Under the pieces are notes generated by a model. The model saw nothing but the letters and a program-made list of their open reading frames with translations, had not been told where the DNA came from and made no database searches. A program made the translations under genes and the position numbers. This document shows, in pieces, positions 39,864 through 49,345 of a stretch of DNA of 64,000 nt (position 1 is the first letter of the stretch; every line of letters starts with the position of its first letter). This stretch comes from Nannocystales bacterium (GTDB lineage: Bacteria > Myxococcota_A > Polyangia > Nannocystales > Nannocystaceae), in assembly GCA_050633305.1 (NCBI GenBank), contig JBOEGF010000007.1, positions 192,001-256,000 on the forward strand, read 5' to 3'.

Positions 39864-41099
39864 CTACGCATCCGTTGCCAACCGACGCCCCAGGAGGGCT
39901 CGCAAGGCGGGGGTCGGGGCGGCATCCAAGGCAAGCGTGCGGTGGTGTGCTGCCTCTGCTTCGTGGCCACAGCGGCGGTGCAGGTCCGCGAGGACAGCGA
40001 ACCACTGGAAGGATCCGTGCAACCATGAAGGCGGGGCGACGCGTTGGAGAAACGCGAGGCCGTCTTGCGGACCACTGCATTGGGCGATGGCGACCGCGTG
40101 CCCGAGCCGGTGCGTCGCCGACGGGGCCACACGCTCCAGCAGCGCGTAGCAGGCCACGATGCGGTCCCACCTGGTTTCTTCGAACGTCGGCGCTCGGCAG
40201 TGTTCCGCGGCGATCCCTGCCTCCGCATGGTAGCGGCTGAACGTGTCTCCGGTCGCCGCGCTGGCAAGCCACCGCATGCCGGTTGCGATCGCCTGCGCGT
40301 CCCACAGGCTGCGGTCCTGTTCGCTCAGCAGCAACAGACCTCCCACGCCGTCGTCACGGGCGCTCATGCGGGCCCGGTGCAGAAACATCAGGGCGACCAA
40401 GGCCGAGGTCTCCGGAGTGGGTGCGCCCGCGTGTTCGGCCAGCAGGGTCCCCAGTCGGATGGCCTCGTCACACAAGTCGACCCGCATCGATTCGTCGGCG
40501 CGGACGGACGCGTACCCTCCGGTGAAGAGCAGGTGCAACACCGCCCGTACCGCGGGGACGCGTTCGCGCAGGTCGTCCTCGGTGAGCGTGCCCAGGCTTA
40601 GGCCGACGGACTGGAGCTTGGCTCGGGCACGTTGGAGCCGCTTGTAGACGTTGGCTTCGGTTAAAAAAAGGTGCTCGGCGAGTTCGGCGACCGTGAGCCC
40701 GAAGAGGATTCTCAACGACAGAATGCGCTGAGCATCGCTGGGTAGGGTCTCGTGGCAGCAGGCGAACAGCATCGCGAGCTGAGCATCACGAACCTCCCCA
40801 CGAAGCCAGGTGTCGGGAGCGGGCGCGACTTCGTCGGTGGGGGTGCTGACCAAGGCGGCAGCCCGCCGTCGTTGTGTCCGGAGCCGGTCGATGACCGCGT
40901 TGTTGGAGGCTCGAAACAACCACGCCGCGGGGTTGTCGGGAACCCCGCGGGTTGGCCACGTCGCTAACGCGGACGTCCACGCGGACTGGACCGCATCCTC
41001 GACCAGTTCCACGTGTTGCATACCGACGCGGGCGGCGAGCATCGACACCACGCGTCCGTACTCGCGTCGGTAGACGCGTTCGAGAAGTGCGCCCGTCAA
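39864..41099 (-). CDS. Extended ECF sigma factor (ECF42-like, DUF6596/TPR extension)
   Basis: EDAVQ.A...W...G.PDNP.AWL, LFACCH, QDRSLWD, AGIAAEH; downstream of yciI. Confidence 0.88.
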   Translation of the reverse strand: MTGALLERVYRREYGRVVSMLAARVGMQHVELVEDAVQSAWTSALATWPTRGVPDNPAAWLFRASNNAVIDRLRTQRRRAAALVSTPTDEVAPAPDTWLRGEVRDAQLAMLFACCHETLPSDAQRILSLRILFGLTVAELAEHLFLTEANVYKRLQRARAKLQSVGLSLGTLTEDDLRERVPAVRAVLHLLFTGGYASVRADESMRVDLCDEAIRLGTLLAEHAGAPTPETSALVALMFLHRARMSARDDGVGGLLLLSEQDRSLWDAQAIATGMRWLASAATGDTFSRYHAEAGIAAEHCRAPTFEETRWDRIVACYALLERVAPSATHRLGHAVAIAQCSGPQDGLAFLQRVAPPSWLHGSFQWFAVLADLHRRCGHEAEAAHHRTLALDAAPTPALRALLGRRLATDA

Positions 41100-41434
41100 G
41101 GTGTGTGAATCTCGATGACCTCAACGCCGGAGCCGGGCTTGACGAGGCCGGGGCAGGCGCTCGCGACCTCGATCGCTTGGTCGAGCGACTCGGCGGAGAC
41201 GATCATGTAGCCCCCGACCAGGTCCTTGACCTCGACGAGCGGGGCATCGGTTTTGGCGTCGGAGGTGACGAGCTTTCCGTTGCCGAGTTTTCCGCCGAGG
41301 TCGACGAGGTTGGCCTCGAACTTCTTCATCCAGCCCTGGAAGGCGGCGTACCAGTCCTCCATGTTGCCGCCCGCAGGGGCTGGCTGGGGGTCTGCGGCGG
41401 GGATGCTGCGTTGCATGCAAAGGTATTTGGGCAT
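41096..41434 (-). CDS. YciI/DGPF-domain protein
   Basis: DAPLVEVKDLVGGY.IV.A.SLDQAIE.A..CP. Confidence 0.85.
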   Translation of the reverse strand: MPKYLCMQRSIPAADPQPAPAGGNMEDWYAAFQGWMKKFEANLVDLGGKLGNGKLVTSDAKTDAPLVEVKDLVGGYMIVSAESLDQAIEVASACPGLVKPGSGVEVIEIHTP

Positions 41435-41590
41435 CTCGGGTTCCTTTTCGTTGGGGCGGATGGCTCGCTTGTCGCGAGTCCCGCGTTGTTCGCTCCCATG
41501 ACGCGCCGGGACGCCGAACTTGGACACCGCTCCTCAAGAAAATCGTCGCCCCAGTTTCGCACGTCCTCGCGAGGAGCCTACACGGGGGCC

Positions 41591-42292
41591 CTACTCAGGA
41601 CGTGACTCCGCGGGCAACGCGGCTGGGGGCAGCGAAAGCCAGCGAAAAGCGTGCAACAGGGCCTGTTTTCCCCCGGTCTCGACCACGTCTCCGTGGGCCA
41701 TGACGATCCGGTCGAAGTCCCAGTTGGCGATCTTCGCGAGGTCCTCTCGGGCCAAGTCTCGGCGCATGCCGATCTTTTCGAGGATTGTGACCGAGCAGCC
41801 GGGGTACCCCCCTGCGCAGCGCATCGCCATCCGCGTCATCCACGGCGCGTTACGCGAGATGTTGAAGACCAAGTCGCTCACCAGGAGCGTACGGCTGGGC
41901 TTGTGGAGCAGGACGACCTCGTTGGTCATCGAAAAACACCGAAGGACGTAGGTCTCGACTTCGTCTCCGAATGGACGGGTGCCGCTGCTGAGCACCCCCT
42001 CGAATCGGACGTCCGAGCGTTTGTCCGGGAGGCCGGGCGCACCCCACCCATCGAGGCCCGCGTCGATCCACGGACCGATGTACATGTGGTGGAAGAGGTT
42101 CGGCGCGACGGCCCAACGCGGCGTGCCGATGTTCTCGACGACCGAGGGCGGGACTGCGACGGGCGAGTGCACGAGCAGGCCCTCACCAAGCTCGAGCACG
42201 GTCATACGCGTCCCAAGCTCGAGGCCAAGAAACCGCTGCGGGGCGTCGAGGACGTGGACGCCGGGGGCGATGGTGTTGAGGCTGCTCATCAT
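41591..42292 (-). CDS. DUF4336 family protein
   Basis: TRMTVL.L, VHSP, VAPN.FHH, EVVL.HKPSRTL.V.DL, WDFDRI.MAHG. Confidence 0.85.
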   Translation of the reverse strand: MMSSLNTIAPGVHVLDAPQRFLGLELGTRMTVLELGEGLLVHSPVAVPPSVVENIGTPRWAVAPNLFHHMYIGPWIDAGLDGWGAPGLPDKRSDVRFEGVLSSGTRPFGDEVETYVLRCFSMTNEVVLLHKPSRTLLVSDLVFNISRNAPWMTRMAMRCAGGYPGCSVTILEKIGMRRDLAREDLAKIANWDFDRIVMAHGDVVETGGKQALLHAFRWLSLPPAALPAESRPE

Positions 42293-42406
42293 CGGTGACG
42301 GGTCCCCGCCGAACCCGAGTGTACCGCTCGAGGTGATTTCGCAAGTCCGGACCCTGCGGCGTAACCCACACCTTTGCGGGGGAGTACCCCGTGCGAGGCA
42401 ATCGAG

Positions 42407-43111
42407 ATGACGAATACGAAGCGAATCGCCCTCGTGGTTGGCGTTGGCCCTGGACTCGGAACCGCAACCGCTCGGCGTCTTCACGCCGATGGGTACCGGG
42501 TTGCGGTGGCGTCCCGAGACAAGGACCGCCTCGCGGGGCTGGCCGAAGAACTCGACGGCTTCGCGGTCGCCATCGATGCGACCGATCCGGCCTCCGTCGA
42601 GGCAGGGGTGGCGACGGTTGAGGAGACCCTGGGCCCGATTCATACGGTGGTGTGGAACGTGGGCGGTGGTGTCTTTGGGACCCTCGAGTCGGTCGATACC
42701 GACGGTCTGGATTTGGCTCTGGGCACCAACACCCGGGGTCTATTCGTCCTCGCCAAGCGGCTTCTGCCGCAGATGGCGGAGCGTGGCGACGGGGCACTGG
42801 TCGTCACGGGTGCGACCGCCTCACTTCGTGGCAAACCCTTGACCACCGCGTTTGCAGCGGGCAAGGCGGCACAGCGTTCCCTGACCCAGTCGCTCGCCCG
42901 TGAGTGGGGGCCCAAGGGGGTTCATGTGGCCCTGGTGATCGTCGACGGGATGGTCGACCTTCCGACGACCCGTGCGCGCATGCCCGAGCGGCCGACGGAA
43001 GCTTTCCTCTCGCCGGACGGATTCGCGGGCGCCGTCTCGTTCCTGCTGGGCCAGCCCCGCAGTGCGTGGACGTTCGAGCTGGACCTCCGGCCGCATGTCG
43101 AAGCTTGGTAG
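42407..43111 (+). CDS. Short-chain dehydrogenase/reductase (atypical)
   Basis: GVGPGLG, TGATASLRG, FAAGK in place of YxxxK, WTFELDLRP. Confidence 0.88.
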   Translation: MTNTKRIALVVGVGPGLGTATARRLHADGYRVAVASRDKDRLAGLAEELDGFAVAIDATDPASVEAGVATVEETLGPIHTVVWNVGGGVFGTLESVDTDGLDLALGTNTRGLFVLAKRLLPQMAERGDGALVVTGATASLRGKPLTTAFAAGKAAQRSLTQSLAREWGPKGVHVALVIVDGMVDLPTTRARMPERPTEAFLSPDGFAGAVSFLLGQPRSAWTFELDLRPHVEAW

Positions 43112-43435
43112 CTACTTGGCGACGAACTCGACCCCTTCACGCAGCAGCGCATGCCAGCGCTTGCGGTCGAGGGCGGGCACGGAGAGCCATTCTTTGAAGA
43201 TCTTGCCGCCGGGTCCGAACGGCCGGCCAGCGCCGTCCTCGACAAGCTCGGAGACCCGTTGCTTGGGCAGCTTCACCACGAGGCCCGAGCCCTTGTAGTC
43301 GACCAGCGCGAGGAACTCCTTCCCGACCCGAAGACATGCGCCGCCCATGATCGTCCCTTCGACGACGCGGCCGTCTTCTCCCTGCAGCTCGCCGGCGAGG
43401 TCCCAGAACAGCTCTTCTGCGGTCACGTCGTGCAT
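43112..43435 (-). CDS. TfoX-N/YjbR-like small protein
   Basis: G.IMG..CLRV..EF.A, LVVKLP..RV.ELV, F.EW. Confidence 0.6.
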   Translation of the reverse strand: MHDVTAEELFWDLAGELQGEDGRVVEGTIMGGACLRVGKEFLALVDYKGSGLVVKLPKQRVSELVEDGAGRPFGPGGKIFKEWLSVPALDRKRWHALLREGVEFVAK

Positions 43436-43497
43436 GGTCCCATGACGAACGACGGTCCCGGAACCCGACACGACGGCCGATTTTTTCGCCCGGCGTT

Positions 43498-44475
43498 TCA
43501 AGCCATGTTGGCCAGGGACGCCTTGCCATGTCGGAGCTCGCCGATGTCGGGTCGGTCCGCCCGCTCCCCGATGCAGGCCCGAAACACATCGAGGTAGCTG
43601 GGCGCGCATGCGTCCGGATGCTCTTCGTAGAAACCCCGCGCCTCGAGAAGCGCGTGCGCCCTGGGCAAGTTGTAGCCGGGCACGCTGGGGAAGAAGTGGT
43701 GCTCGCAGTGGTAGTTCACGTAGTTGGGCGCGATCAACGTGCGCGCGAGCCAACCTGCCCTTGTCGTGCGTGCGTGCAGCCGGGGTTCCTTACTCAGAAG
43801 GTCGGGAACGTTTCCGTGTTCACCCATGACACGAAGCCGGAGGCACAGGGGCACCACGAAGATGAACCCGGCCCACCAGGCGGCGTAGGCCCAGGGCATG
43901 CCGAGCAGGTACAGGCCACCGAACATGGCCGTGTGCACCACAACGGAGGTCAGCCGGCCATGGCGGACCGTCATCGCGATCAGATAGAGACCATCGCGGA
44001 CCCCAGTTCGTCCGCTGAGGTCGCGTACCAATTTGCGTCGCATGCTCGCCGGCTTCACCGGGTAGGCGTGGACGAAGGGCAGGTCGGGGTCCTCGAGTGT
44101 GCCCGCGTGCCGATGGTGCGCGAGGTGGCCGTTGCGGTAGGTGTCGAAGTCGATCAGGGTCGGCCCCGAGAACAGCCATCGGCCGAGCACGCGGTTGAGC
44201 GCAGGGGTCCGGAACAGCGCGTTGTGGGCGGCGTCGTGGATCAGGATGCCGAGCCCCACGTATCGCCCGGCGAGGATGACCGCGGAGACGATGAACGTGA
44301 CCGGGTGCGGCCACAAACCGAGCAACGCGAAGGCGCCCGCAATGACGCCGAAGTTCGCCAGGACCTCAACGCTCGCCCGGAGGTCGGAGGTCTCCGTGAG
44401 CGAGGCGGTCTCCTCTCGGGAGAGGAAGTCCCGGACGCGGGCTCGACTATGAATATCTCGAACACCCATGAACAT
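43498..44475 (-). CDS. Membrane fatty-acid desaturase family protein
   Basis: His boxes HDAAH, HLAHHRH, HCEHH.FP.VP.YNLP. Confidence 0.9.
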   Translation of the reverse strand: MFMGVRDIHSRARVRDFLSREETASLTETSDLRASVEVLANFGVIAGAFALLGLWPHPVTFIVSAVILAGRYVGLGILIHDAAHNALFRTPALNRVLGRWLFSGPTLIDFDTYRNGHLAHHRHAGTLEDPDLPFVHAYPVKPASMRRKLVRDLSGRTGVRDGLYLIAMTVRHGRLTSVVVHTAMFGGLYLLGMPWAYAAWWAGFIFVVPLCLRLRVMGEHGNVPDLLSKEPRLHARTTRAGWLARTLIAPNYVNYHCEHHFFPSVPGYNLPRAHALLEARGFYEEHPDACAPSYLDVFRACIGERADRPDIGELRHGKASLANMA

Positions 44476-44477
44476 AA

Positions 44478-44506
44478 AGTGTCGATCGGTGTTACTGTAG
44501 TGTCAA
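44478..44506 (-). promoter_or_regulatory. Putative sigma70 promoter of the desaturase
   Basis: TTGACA-17 bp-GACACT; imperfect palindrome TGTTAC-TGTA-GTGTCA overlaps the -35. Confidence 0.4.
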
Positions 44507-44519
44507 GGCAGCTGAGCCC

Positions 44520-45344
44520 ATGCCCAAGCCGAAGGACGCATTTTCGGCCCGGCTGGCGAGTCCAGTGACCGCCAAGCGGGCGATTCTCGCGGCGTTGACT
44601 GCAACGCAGCGTGCGCTTAGTACCGCTCAACTTCGACTCTGCGGAGCGCTGTTCGACGTGGAAGGGCCCGCGGTCCGGGTGGCCCTGGGTCGGCTTGTGG
44701 ACAAAGGAGACGTCGTTTCGCAAGGCGAGGGTGTCTACAAGATCGGGCCCAAGGGGGAGGCTATCGCGCAGGCGATCCGGCGCTGGCGCGACCTCCCGCG
44801 ACTCGACAGATCGTGGAACGGCGAGTGGATCGCGATTCACACCGCGCACCTGGGCCGCAGTCGTCGGCCGCAGCTGAGACGTCGAGAACGGGCGTTGTCC
44901 CTGTTTGGGTTTGCGAGTGTGACGGATGGGCTGTGGACACGCCCCGACAACCTTCGCATCGAGCCCGCCGCACTGGCCTCGCGGTTGTTCGAACTCGGGC
45001 TCGAACCGGAGGCAATCCTCGTCGTCGGTGCTCGGTTCATCGCAGAGCCGGCGCAGGGGCTTGGGTGCCTATGGGACAAGGAGACGATCGAGGCTGGCTA
45101 CGTGGCTGCGGAGTCCGCGATGGCGAGTTGTCTCGAGGGGTTCGAGCGGGCGAGTCTCAAGGAGCGGGCGCGAGGCACCGCGACGATCGGGACCGCGGTG
45201 ATCGGGATGCTCAGCTTCGATCCTCTCTTGCCGCGCGAACTCTTGGACGCGGACCTGCGCGGCGCGGTTCATCGCCGCATGTTGGAGTTCGATCGCATCG
45301 GGAAACGGGCGCTCGTAGCGTACTGGCAGGACCACGGCTGCTGA
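44520..45344 (+). CDS. PaaX-family transcriptional regulator
   Basis: wHTH RVALGRL, W.G.W, L.L.GF....GLW.RPDN, DPLLP.EL. Confidence 0.85.
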   Translation: MPKPKDAFSARLASPVTAKRAILAALTATQRALSTAQLRLCGALFDVEGPAVRVALGRLVDKGDVVSQGEGVYKIGPKGEAIAQAIRRWRDLPRLDRSWNGEWIAIHTAHLGRSRRPQLRRRERALSLFGFASVTDGLWTRPDNLRIEPAALASRLFELGLEPEAILVVGARFIAEPAQGLGCLWDKETIEAGYVAAESAMASCLEGFERASLKERARGTATIGTAVIGMLSFDPLLPRELLDADLRGAVHRRMLEFDRIGKRALVAYWQDHGC

Positions 45345-45356
45345 CACCGCGCCACC

Positions 45357-45698
45357 CTAGGCCTTCTTCACGATCGAGCTCTTGAGCTTCATCGGGCCGA
45401 ACCCGGGGATCTTGCAGTCGATGTCGTGGTCGCCGTCGACGAGGCGAATGTTCTTCACCTTCGTACCCGCCTTGAGGGCGCTCGCGGCTCCCTTGATCTT
45501 CATCGTCTTGACGACGATCACATCATCGCCGTCGACGAGCACGTTTCCGACCGAGTCTCGGATGCCTGTGTCGGCTGCGGTGGTCGACTCCTCCTCGGCG
45601 GGCGACCATTCGTGGGCGCACTCCGGACAGACGAGCAGAGCACCATCGGGATAGGTGTGCTGCGATCCGCACTTGGGGCAGGGAGGCAGGTCGTCCAT
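45357..45698 (-). CDS. yjdM: Zinc-ribbon protein YjdM/PhnA
   Basis: LPPCPKC.S..TY.DG..VCPEC.HEW, D..GN.L.DGD, K.GTKVKNIRLVDGDHDIDCKI. Confidence 0.9.
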   Translation of the reverse strand: MDDLPPCPKCGSQHTYPDGALLVCPECAHEWSPAEEESTTAADTGIRDSVGNVLVDGDDVIVVKTMKIKGAASALKAGTKVKNIRLVDGDHDIDCKIPGFGPMKLKSSIVKKA

Positions 45699-45812
45699 GG
45701 GCGGGACTGTGCCTGCTGCAGGGAGGCTGGTCCACAGACTGCACGGGGCACGACGCCGAGGCATCGTTGGGGGAGCTGCAGGCTCGATGACACCTGCGGA
45801 TCTCGTGTTCGC

Positions 45813-46406
45813 TCAGCTCTGGTTGAGATCCAGCCACTTCTGGATCGCGGCGGAGGGCTTGTACGCCCGCATTCGTTCCAACAGCGTGGCGGGGTCCGGG
45901 GCGTCGAGCAAGAGCGTGCGGTTGTCTGCGCGAAGCAGTTCGTCCTGCACCGCTCGGCCGAGCCACGTCAGCAGTCCGTCGTAGTACCCATCGACGTTGA
46001 GCAGTCCGATCGGCTTCGCGTGAATGCCCAGCTGCGCCCACGTCGTCACCTCGGCGAGTTCCTCAAGCGTACCGAACCCGCCTGGCAGCGCGACGAAGGC
46101 GTCCGCCAGCTCGAACATCTTGGTCTTCCGCTCGTGCATGGAGCTGACTTCGATGAGCTCGGTGAGCCCTCGGTGCGCGATCTCGCGAGGGAAGAGCTGG
46201 GTCGGAATGACGCCGCGCACCGTGCCCCCGCGCGACATCACGGTATCGGCGATGAGCCCCATCAGACCGACGGTTCCGCCCCCGTACACAAGCTCGAGCC
46301 CCTCGTCCGCGAGCCGCTCCGCCAGCGCTCGAGCGGTCTTGGTGATCGCGGAGTTGGTTCCCGGAGAGGACGCACAGTAGACGCAGACGCGGCGAAGCTC
46401 GGCCAT
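45813..46406 (-). CDS. LOG family nucleotide monophosphate nucleosidase (TIGR00730)
   Basis: VYGGG.VGLMG, MHERK, ALPGGFGTLEEL, WAQLGIH.KP. Confidence 0.92.
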   Translation of the reverse strand: MAELRRVCVYCASSPGTNSAITKTARALAERLADEGLELVYGGGTVGLMGLIADTVMSRGGTVRGVIPTQLFPREIAHRGLTELIEVSSMHERKTKMFELADAFVALPGGFGTLEELAEVTTWAQLGIHAKPIGLLNVDGYYDGLLTWLGRAVQDELLRADNRTLLLDAPDPATLLERMRAYKPSAAIQKWLDLNQS

Positions 46407-46504
46407 GAGCGAGGACGCTAGCATCCGCGCACCGGCCCGATACGGAACTCTCGCCGAATGGCTTGCAATGTCGTGCCTGCGCCTTATGCAAGCACCAGGA
46501 CGCC

Positions 46505-46927
46505 GTGACTTCAGCACAAGAGACGAATGCTCAGACGATCATGGTGGTCGACGATGACCTTATGGTCCGGCGCCTCCTCGAACGCTTCCTGACGAGCGCC
46601 GGTTACCAGGTCGTCGTGGCGGCGAGCGGGTTCGGGCTGAGCGGGAAGGTGAGGGAGACCCAGCCCGCCCTGTTGCTGCTCGATGTGAACATGCCCGGAC
46701 TACGCGGCGATGCCGCGCTGTCGATCCTCCAGCAGCTCGGGCAACGCTTCAATTCCCTCGACGTGCCGGTGGTTTTTCACAGCGGCATGGGAACCGCCGA
46801 GCTCGATCGGCTGGCGCGGACCCACGGCGCCGCGGGCTTCCTCCGAAAGCCAGCCGGACGCGAGCAGCTTCTCGAGTTGGTGGAGTCGGTGCTGGACCAA
46901 TCGGGTGCGCAGCTCGCCGTCCAGTAG
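46505..46927 (+). CDS. Stand-alone receiver-domain response regulator
   Basis: VVDDD, LLDVNMPG, FLRKP; start uncertain. Confidence 0.85.
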   Translation: MTSAQETNAQTIMVVDDDLMVRRLLERFLTSAGYQVVVAASGFGLSGKVRETQPALLLLDVNMPGLRGDAALSILQQLGQRFNSLDVPVVFHSGMGTAELDRLARTHGAAGFLRKPAGREQLLELVESVLDQSGAQLAVQ

Positions 46928-46975
46928 CGGCGGTTGACGGCATCGAACTCGCGCGAGACCACGGCCGACAACCAC

Positions 46976-47004
46976 AAAAAAAGACCCACTCGAAAGTGGG
47001 TCTT
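46976..47004 (-). terminator. Intrinsic terminator of tRNA-Asn
   Basis: AAGACCCACT-TTCG-AGTGGGTCTT followed by a T run on - strand. Confidence 0.88.
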
Positions 47005-47008
47005 GAAG

Positions 47009-47082
47009 CTCCTCAGCACGGACTCGAACCGCGGACCTAGGGATTAACAGTCCCCCGCTCTAACCAACTGAGCTACTGAGGA
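47009..47082 (-). tRNA. tRNA-Asn(GTT), CCA not encoded
   Basis: TCCTCAG/CTGAGGA acceptor stem, D-arm AGCTCAGTTGGTTAGAGC, loop CTGTTAA, GGTTCGAGTCC. Confidence 0.96.
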
Positions 47083-47093
47083 ATAGGGCGCGC

Positions 47094-47123
47094 TTCATAC
47101 CGCTCCGAGCCCCGCCGCGTCAA
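47094..47123 (-). promoter_or_regulatory. Putative sigma70 promoter of tRNA-Asn
   Basis: TTGACG-18 bp-TATGAA just upstream of the tRNA. Confidence 0.45.
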
Positions 47124-47288
47124 CCCTCGGAAACAAGTCTTCTGCAATACCCTCTAAACCGCCCTTCAGAGGCCCTTCTGGTGGCCCGCGTGTCGCCGAG
47201 GTCCGGCTTGCGCAGAGTGCGAGAAAACGTCGCGGTCGACCGGCGGAGGGGATCCCCCGGTTGGAGCGGCCGTGCGTCTGCGTGACCC

Positions 47289-47855
47289 TTGGGCGTGACC
47301 GATGAGCAGAGGGGGCCGGGGCCGAAAGGGGTTCCCCAGGTGGTGGGCCCATCACCCTCCACCCTGCTTCGCATCGATGATGACGAACGGATCTGCTCGG
47401 AGGGCGTCGACCATCGGGTCGTCCAGTGGCGCAACGTGCTGTTCACGCACTGGTTCGCCCCGGTGTCGGTGGGCGGGTTGGCTGCCTGTGAGAGCGCGAG
47501 CTTCGACCTGGCCTCCCGGAACCCGATGGGGGTCGTGGTGTTCAACGTGATCGAGTTCGGGCTGCAGATCCCGGACCCTGCGGCTCGCAAGAAGGCCTCC
47601 GCGGTGCTGGCGAGCACCAGTGGGCACGTCCGGGTGACCACGACGGTGATCCCCGGCGAGGGGTTCTGGGCCTCAGCTGCTCGGGCGAGCGTGGCCACCA
47701 TTACGCTGCTGTCCCGCGCGGGTCATCCACATCGCGTGTTCTCGACGACGAACGACGCTTCTCACTTCGTGCTCCCGTTTGTCACACCCGAGAAGACTCC
47801 GCGGGCCCATCTGCAAAGCGCGCTGAGCCGGCTCGCCCACCGCCACCAGGCCTGA
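47289..47855 (+). CDS. Hypothetical protein (STAS/SpoIIAA-like alpha/beta fold suspected)
   Basis: PD..ARK, TVI.GEGFWASA.R, PHRVF pattern. Confidence 0.55.
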   Translation: MGVTDEQRGPGPKGVPQVVGPSPSTLLRIDDDERICSEGVDHRVVQWRNVLFTHWFAPVSVGGLAACESASFDLASRNPMGVVVFNVIEFGLQIPDPAARKKASAVLASTSGHVRVTTTVIPGEGFWASAARASVATITLLSRAGHPHRVFSTTNDASHFVLPFVTPEKTPRAHLQSALSRLAHRHQA

Positions 47856-47867
47856 TGGCCTTCGGCG

Positions 47868-49109
47868 CTAGGTGGTCTTGGAGCGGGCTCGGTCGGGGCG
47901 CAAGATCAGCAGCGCGGCGATGCATGTGACGCCGAGCGCTCCGCCGGCCCCCAGCGCACCGGGCATGCTCCACCCCGCGGCAGCCGAGAGCAGCCACGAC
48001 GAGACGGTCACGGCTCCGAGCAGCCGCGCGCGCTCCAGAGGCCACGCCCAGCCACGACCCTCAGCCATGCCCAAGATGGCGGCGAACGTCGCGATGAGGA
48101 CCGCGCCCGCGGCTGCGAGTTGAAGCGGGTTGAGGCTGTGCTCGAAGAACACGACGACGCCCATAGCACCGCCGGCCAGGCCGAAGTGCGCGAGAAGGTA
48201 GGCCCGCAGCCTGGGCGCGACCGCTGGCCGGTACTTCTCGTAGGTGCGGCGGTCGACCTTGGGCTCAGGCTCGGCGACGCCGTGCGGCAGCCAGGCCGGG
48301 TGCGCAACCCAGGCCCACAGTCGCTCGCGAGTCGTGGAGGCGAGCCGACCCAAGGTGATGATGCGGCTGATGTGCACGAAGTTGGCCCACAGCGGGCTGT
48401 AGCTCCGTAGGGGGACCGTGGTGCCGTAGACGGGCGGCTCGACCTCGGGCTCGAAGGTTCCAAACAACCGGTCCCAGACGATGAGCACCGCGCCGTAGTT
48501 CTTGTCGAGGTACTGCGGGTTGACCCCGTGGTGCACGCGGTGGTGGCTGGGCGTGTTGAGCAGCCACTCCACCCAGCGGGGGCCCTTGTCGACAACCTGG
48601 GTGTGAATCCAGAATTGGTAGAACCGGTTGATGCCGTACGCGGCGAGGTAGACGACTGGGGAGACGCCGAGCAGGGCCAGCGGGGCGTAGAAGAAGAACC
48701 AACTGACGGGTTCGAACAGGGGCTGACGAAGCGCCACCGCCAGGTTGTAGTCCTCGCTTTGGTGGTGGACGCCGTGCACCGCCCACAACACGTTCACGAC
48801 GTGGCTGACGCGATGCCACCAGTAGAACAGGACGTCGACGCCGACAATGCCGAGCAGCCACGGCCAGGGGCCGGCCTCGTCCCATGTGATCAGGCGCGCG
48901 TGTTCAAACAGCCAGACGTACGCGGCGACGAAGACGAGCTTGAGCACCAACTCACCGGCTTGAAACACGGTGCCGCAGGCGAGGTCGCTCAGCGCGGTGC
49001 CGAACGCGTAGAGATCTTGGCGCCGCTTGCGGGCGATCCATGCCTCGAGCAGGGTCGCGCCCAAGAAGATCGGGACCGCCAGCGCGGCCCAGTTGTATTC
49101 GCCGTCCAT
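47868..49109 (-). CDS. Sterol desaturase/fatty acid hydroxylase family, alkylglycerol monooxygenase-like
   Basis: YWWHR.SH..N.LWA.H.VHHQSE.YNL..ALRQ, QFWIHT, TPSHHRVHH, NYG..LI.WDRLFGTF; C-terminal TM extension. Confidence 0.9.
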   Translation of the reverse strand: MDGEYNWAALAVPIFLGATLLEAWIARKRRQDLYAFGTALSDLACGTVFQAGELVLKLVFVAAYVWLFEHARLITWDEAGPWPWLLGIVGVDVLFYWWHRVSHVVNVLWAVHGVHHQSEDYNLAVALRQPLFEPVSWFFFYAPLALLGVSPVVYLAAYGINRFYQFWIHTQVVDKGPRWVEWLLNTPSHHRVHHGVNPQYLDKNYGAVLIVWDRLFGTFEPEVEPPVYGTTVPLRSYSPLWANFVHISRIITLGRLASTTRERLWAWVAHPAWLPHGVAEPEPKVDRRTYEKYRPAVAPRLRAYLLAHFGLAGGAMGVVVFFEHSLNPLQLAAAGAVLIATFAAILGMAEGRGWAWPLERARLLGAVTVSSWLLSAAAGWSMPGALGAGGALGVTCIAALLILRPDRARSKTT

Positions 49110-49345
49110 CGCTCGCCTGCGTTCAGTGTGCCGCGTGGTGCCCGTTGTCGCCAGCGCGAGGGTCGGTGGGATCGATCTGCCCGGGGGCCGTCTGCTTCGG
49201 AGGCCGCTTTAGGGCCATCCGGCACGGATCGGTCCAGGTGTCCCCGCATCGGCCGTCTTCGGGCGTCGCTGTGGTGTTGCGCCGCCCCAGGCCCGAACGC
49301 AGAGACCTGTTGCGGGACCAAGGCTGGCCCCGCGAAAGCAGACCC

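Noticed and set aside
40662..40669. T7 run with a TTA codon in the ECF42-like gene as a frameshift or phase-variation site
   Set aside because: Frame is intact and the run is short; no supporting structure
45813..46406. Cytokinin production by the LOG protein
   Set aside because: LOG homologs are ubiquitous nucleotide hydrolases; no isopentenyltransferase nearby
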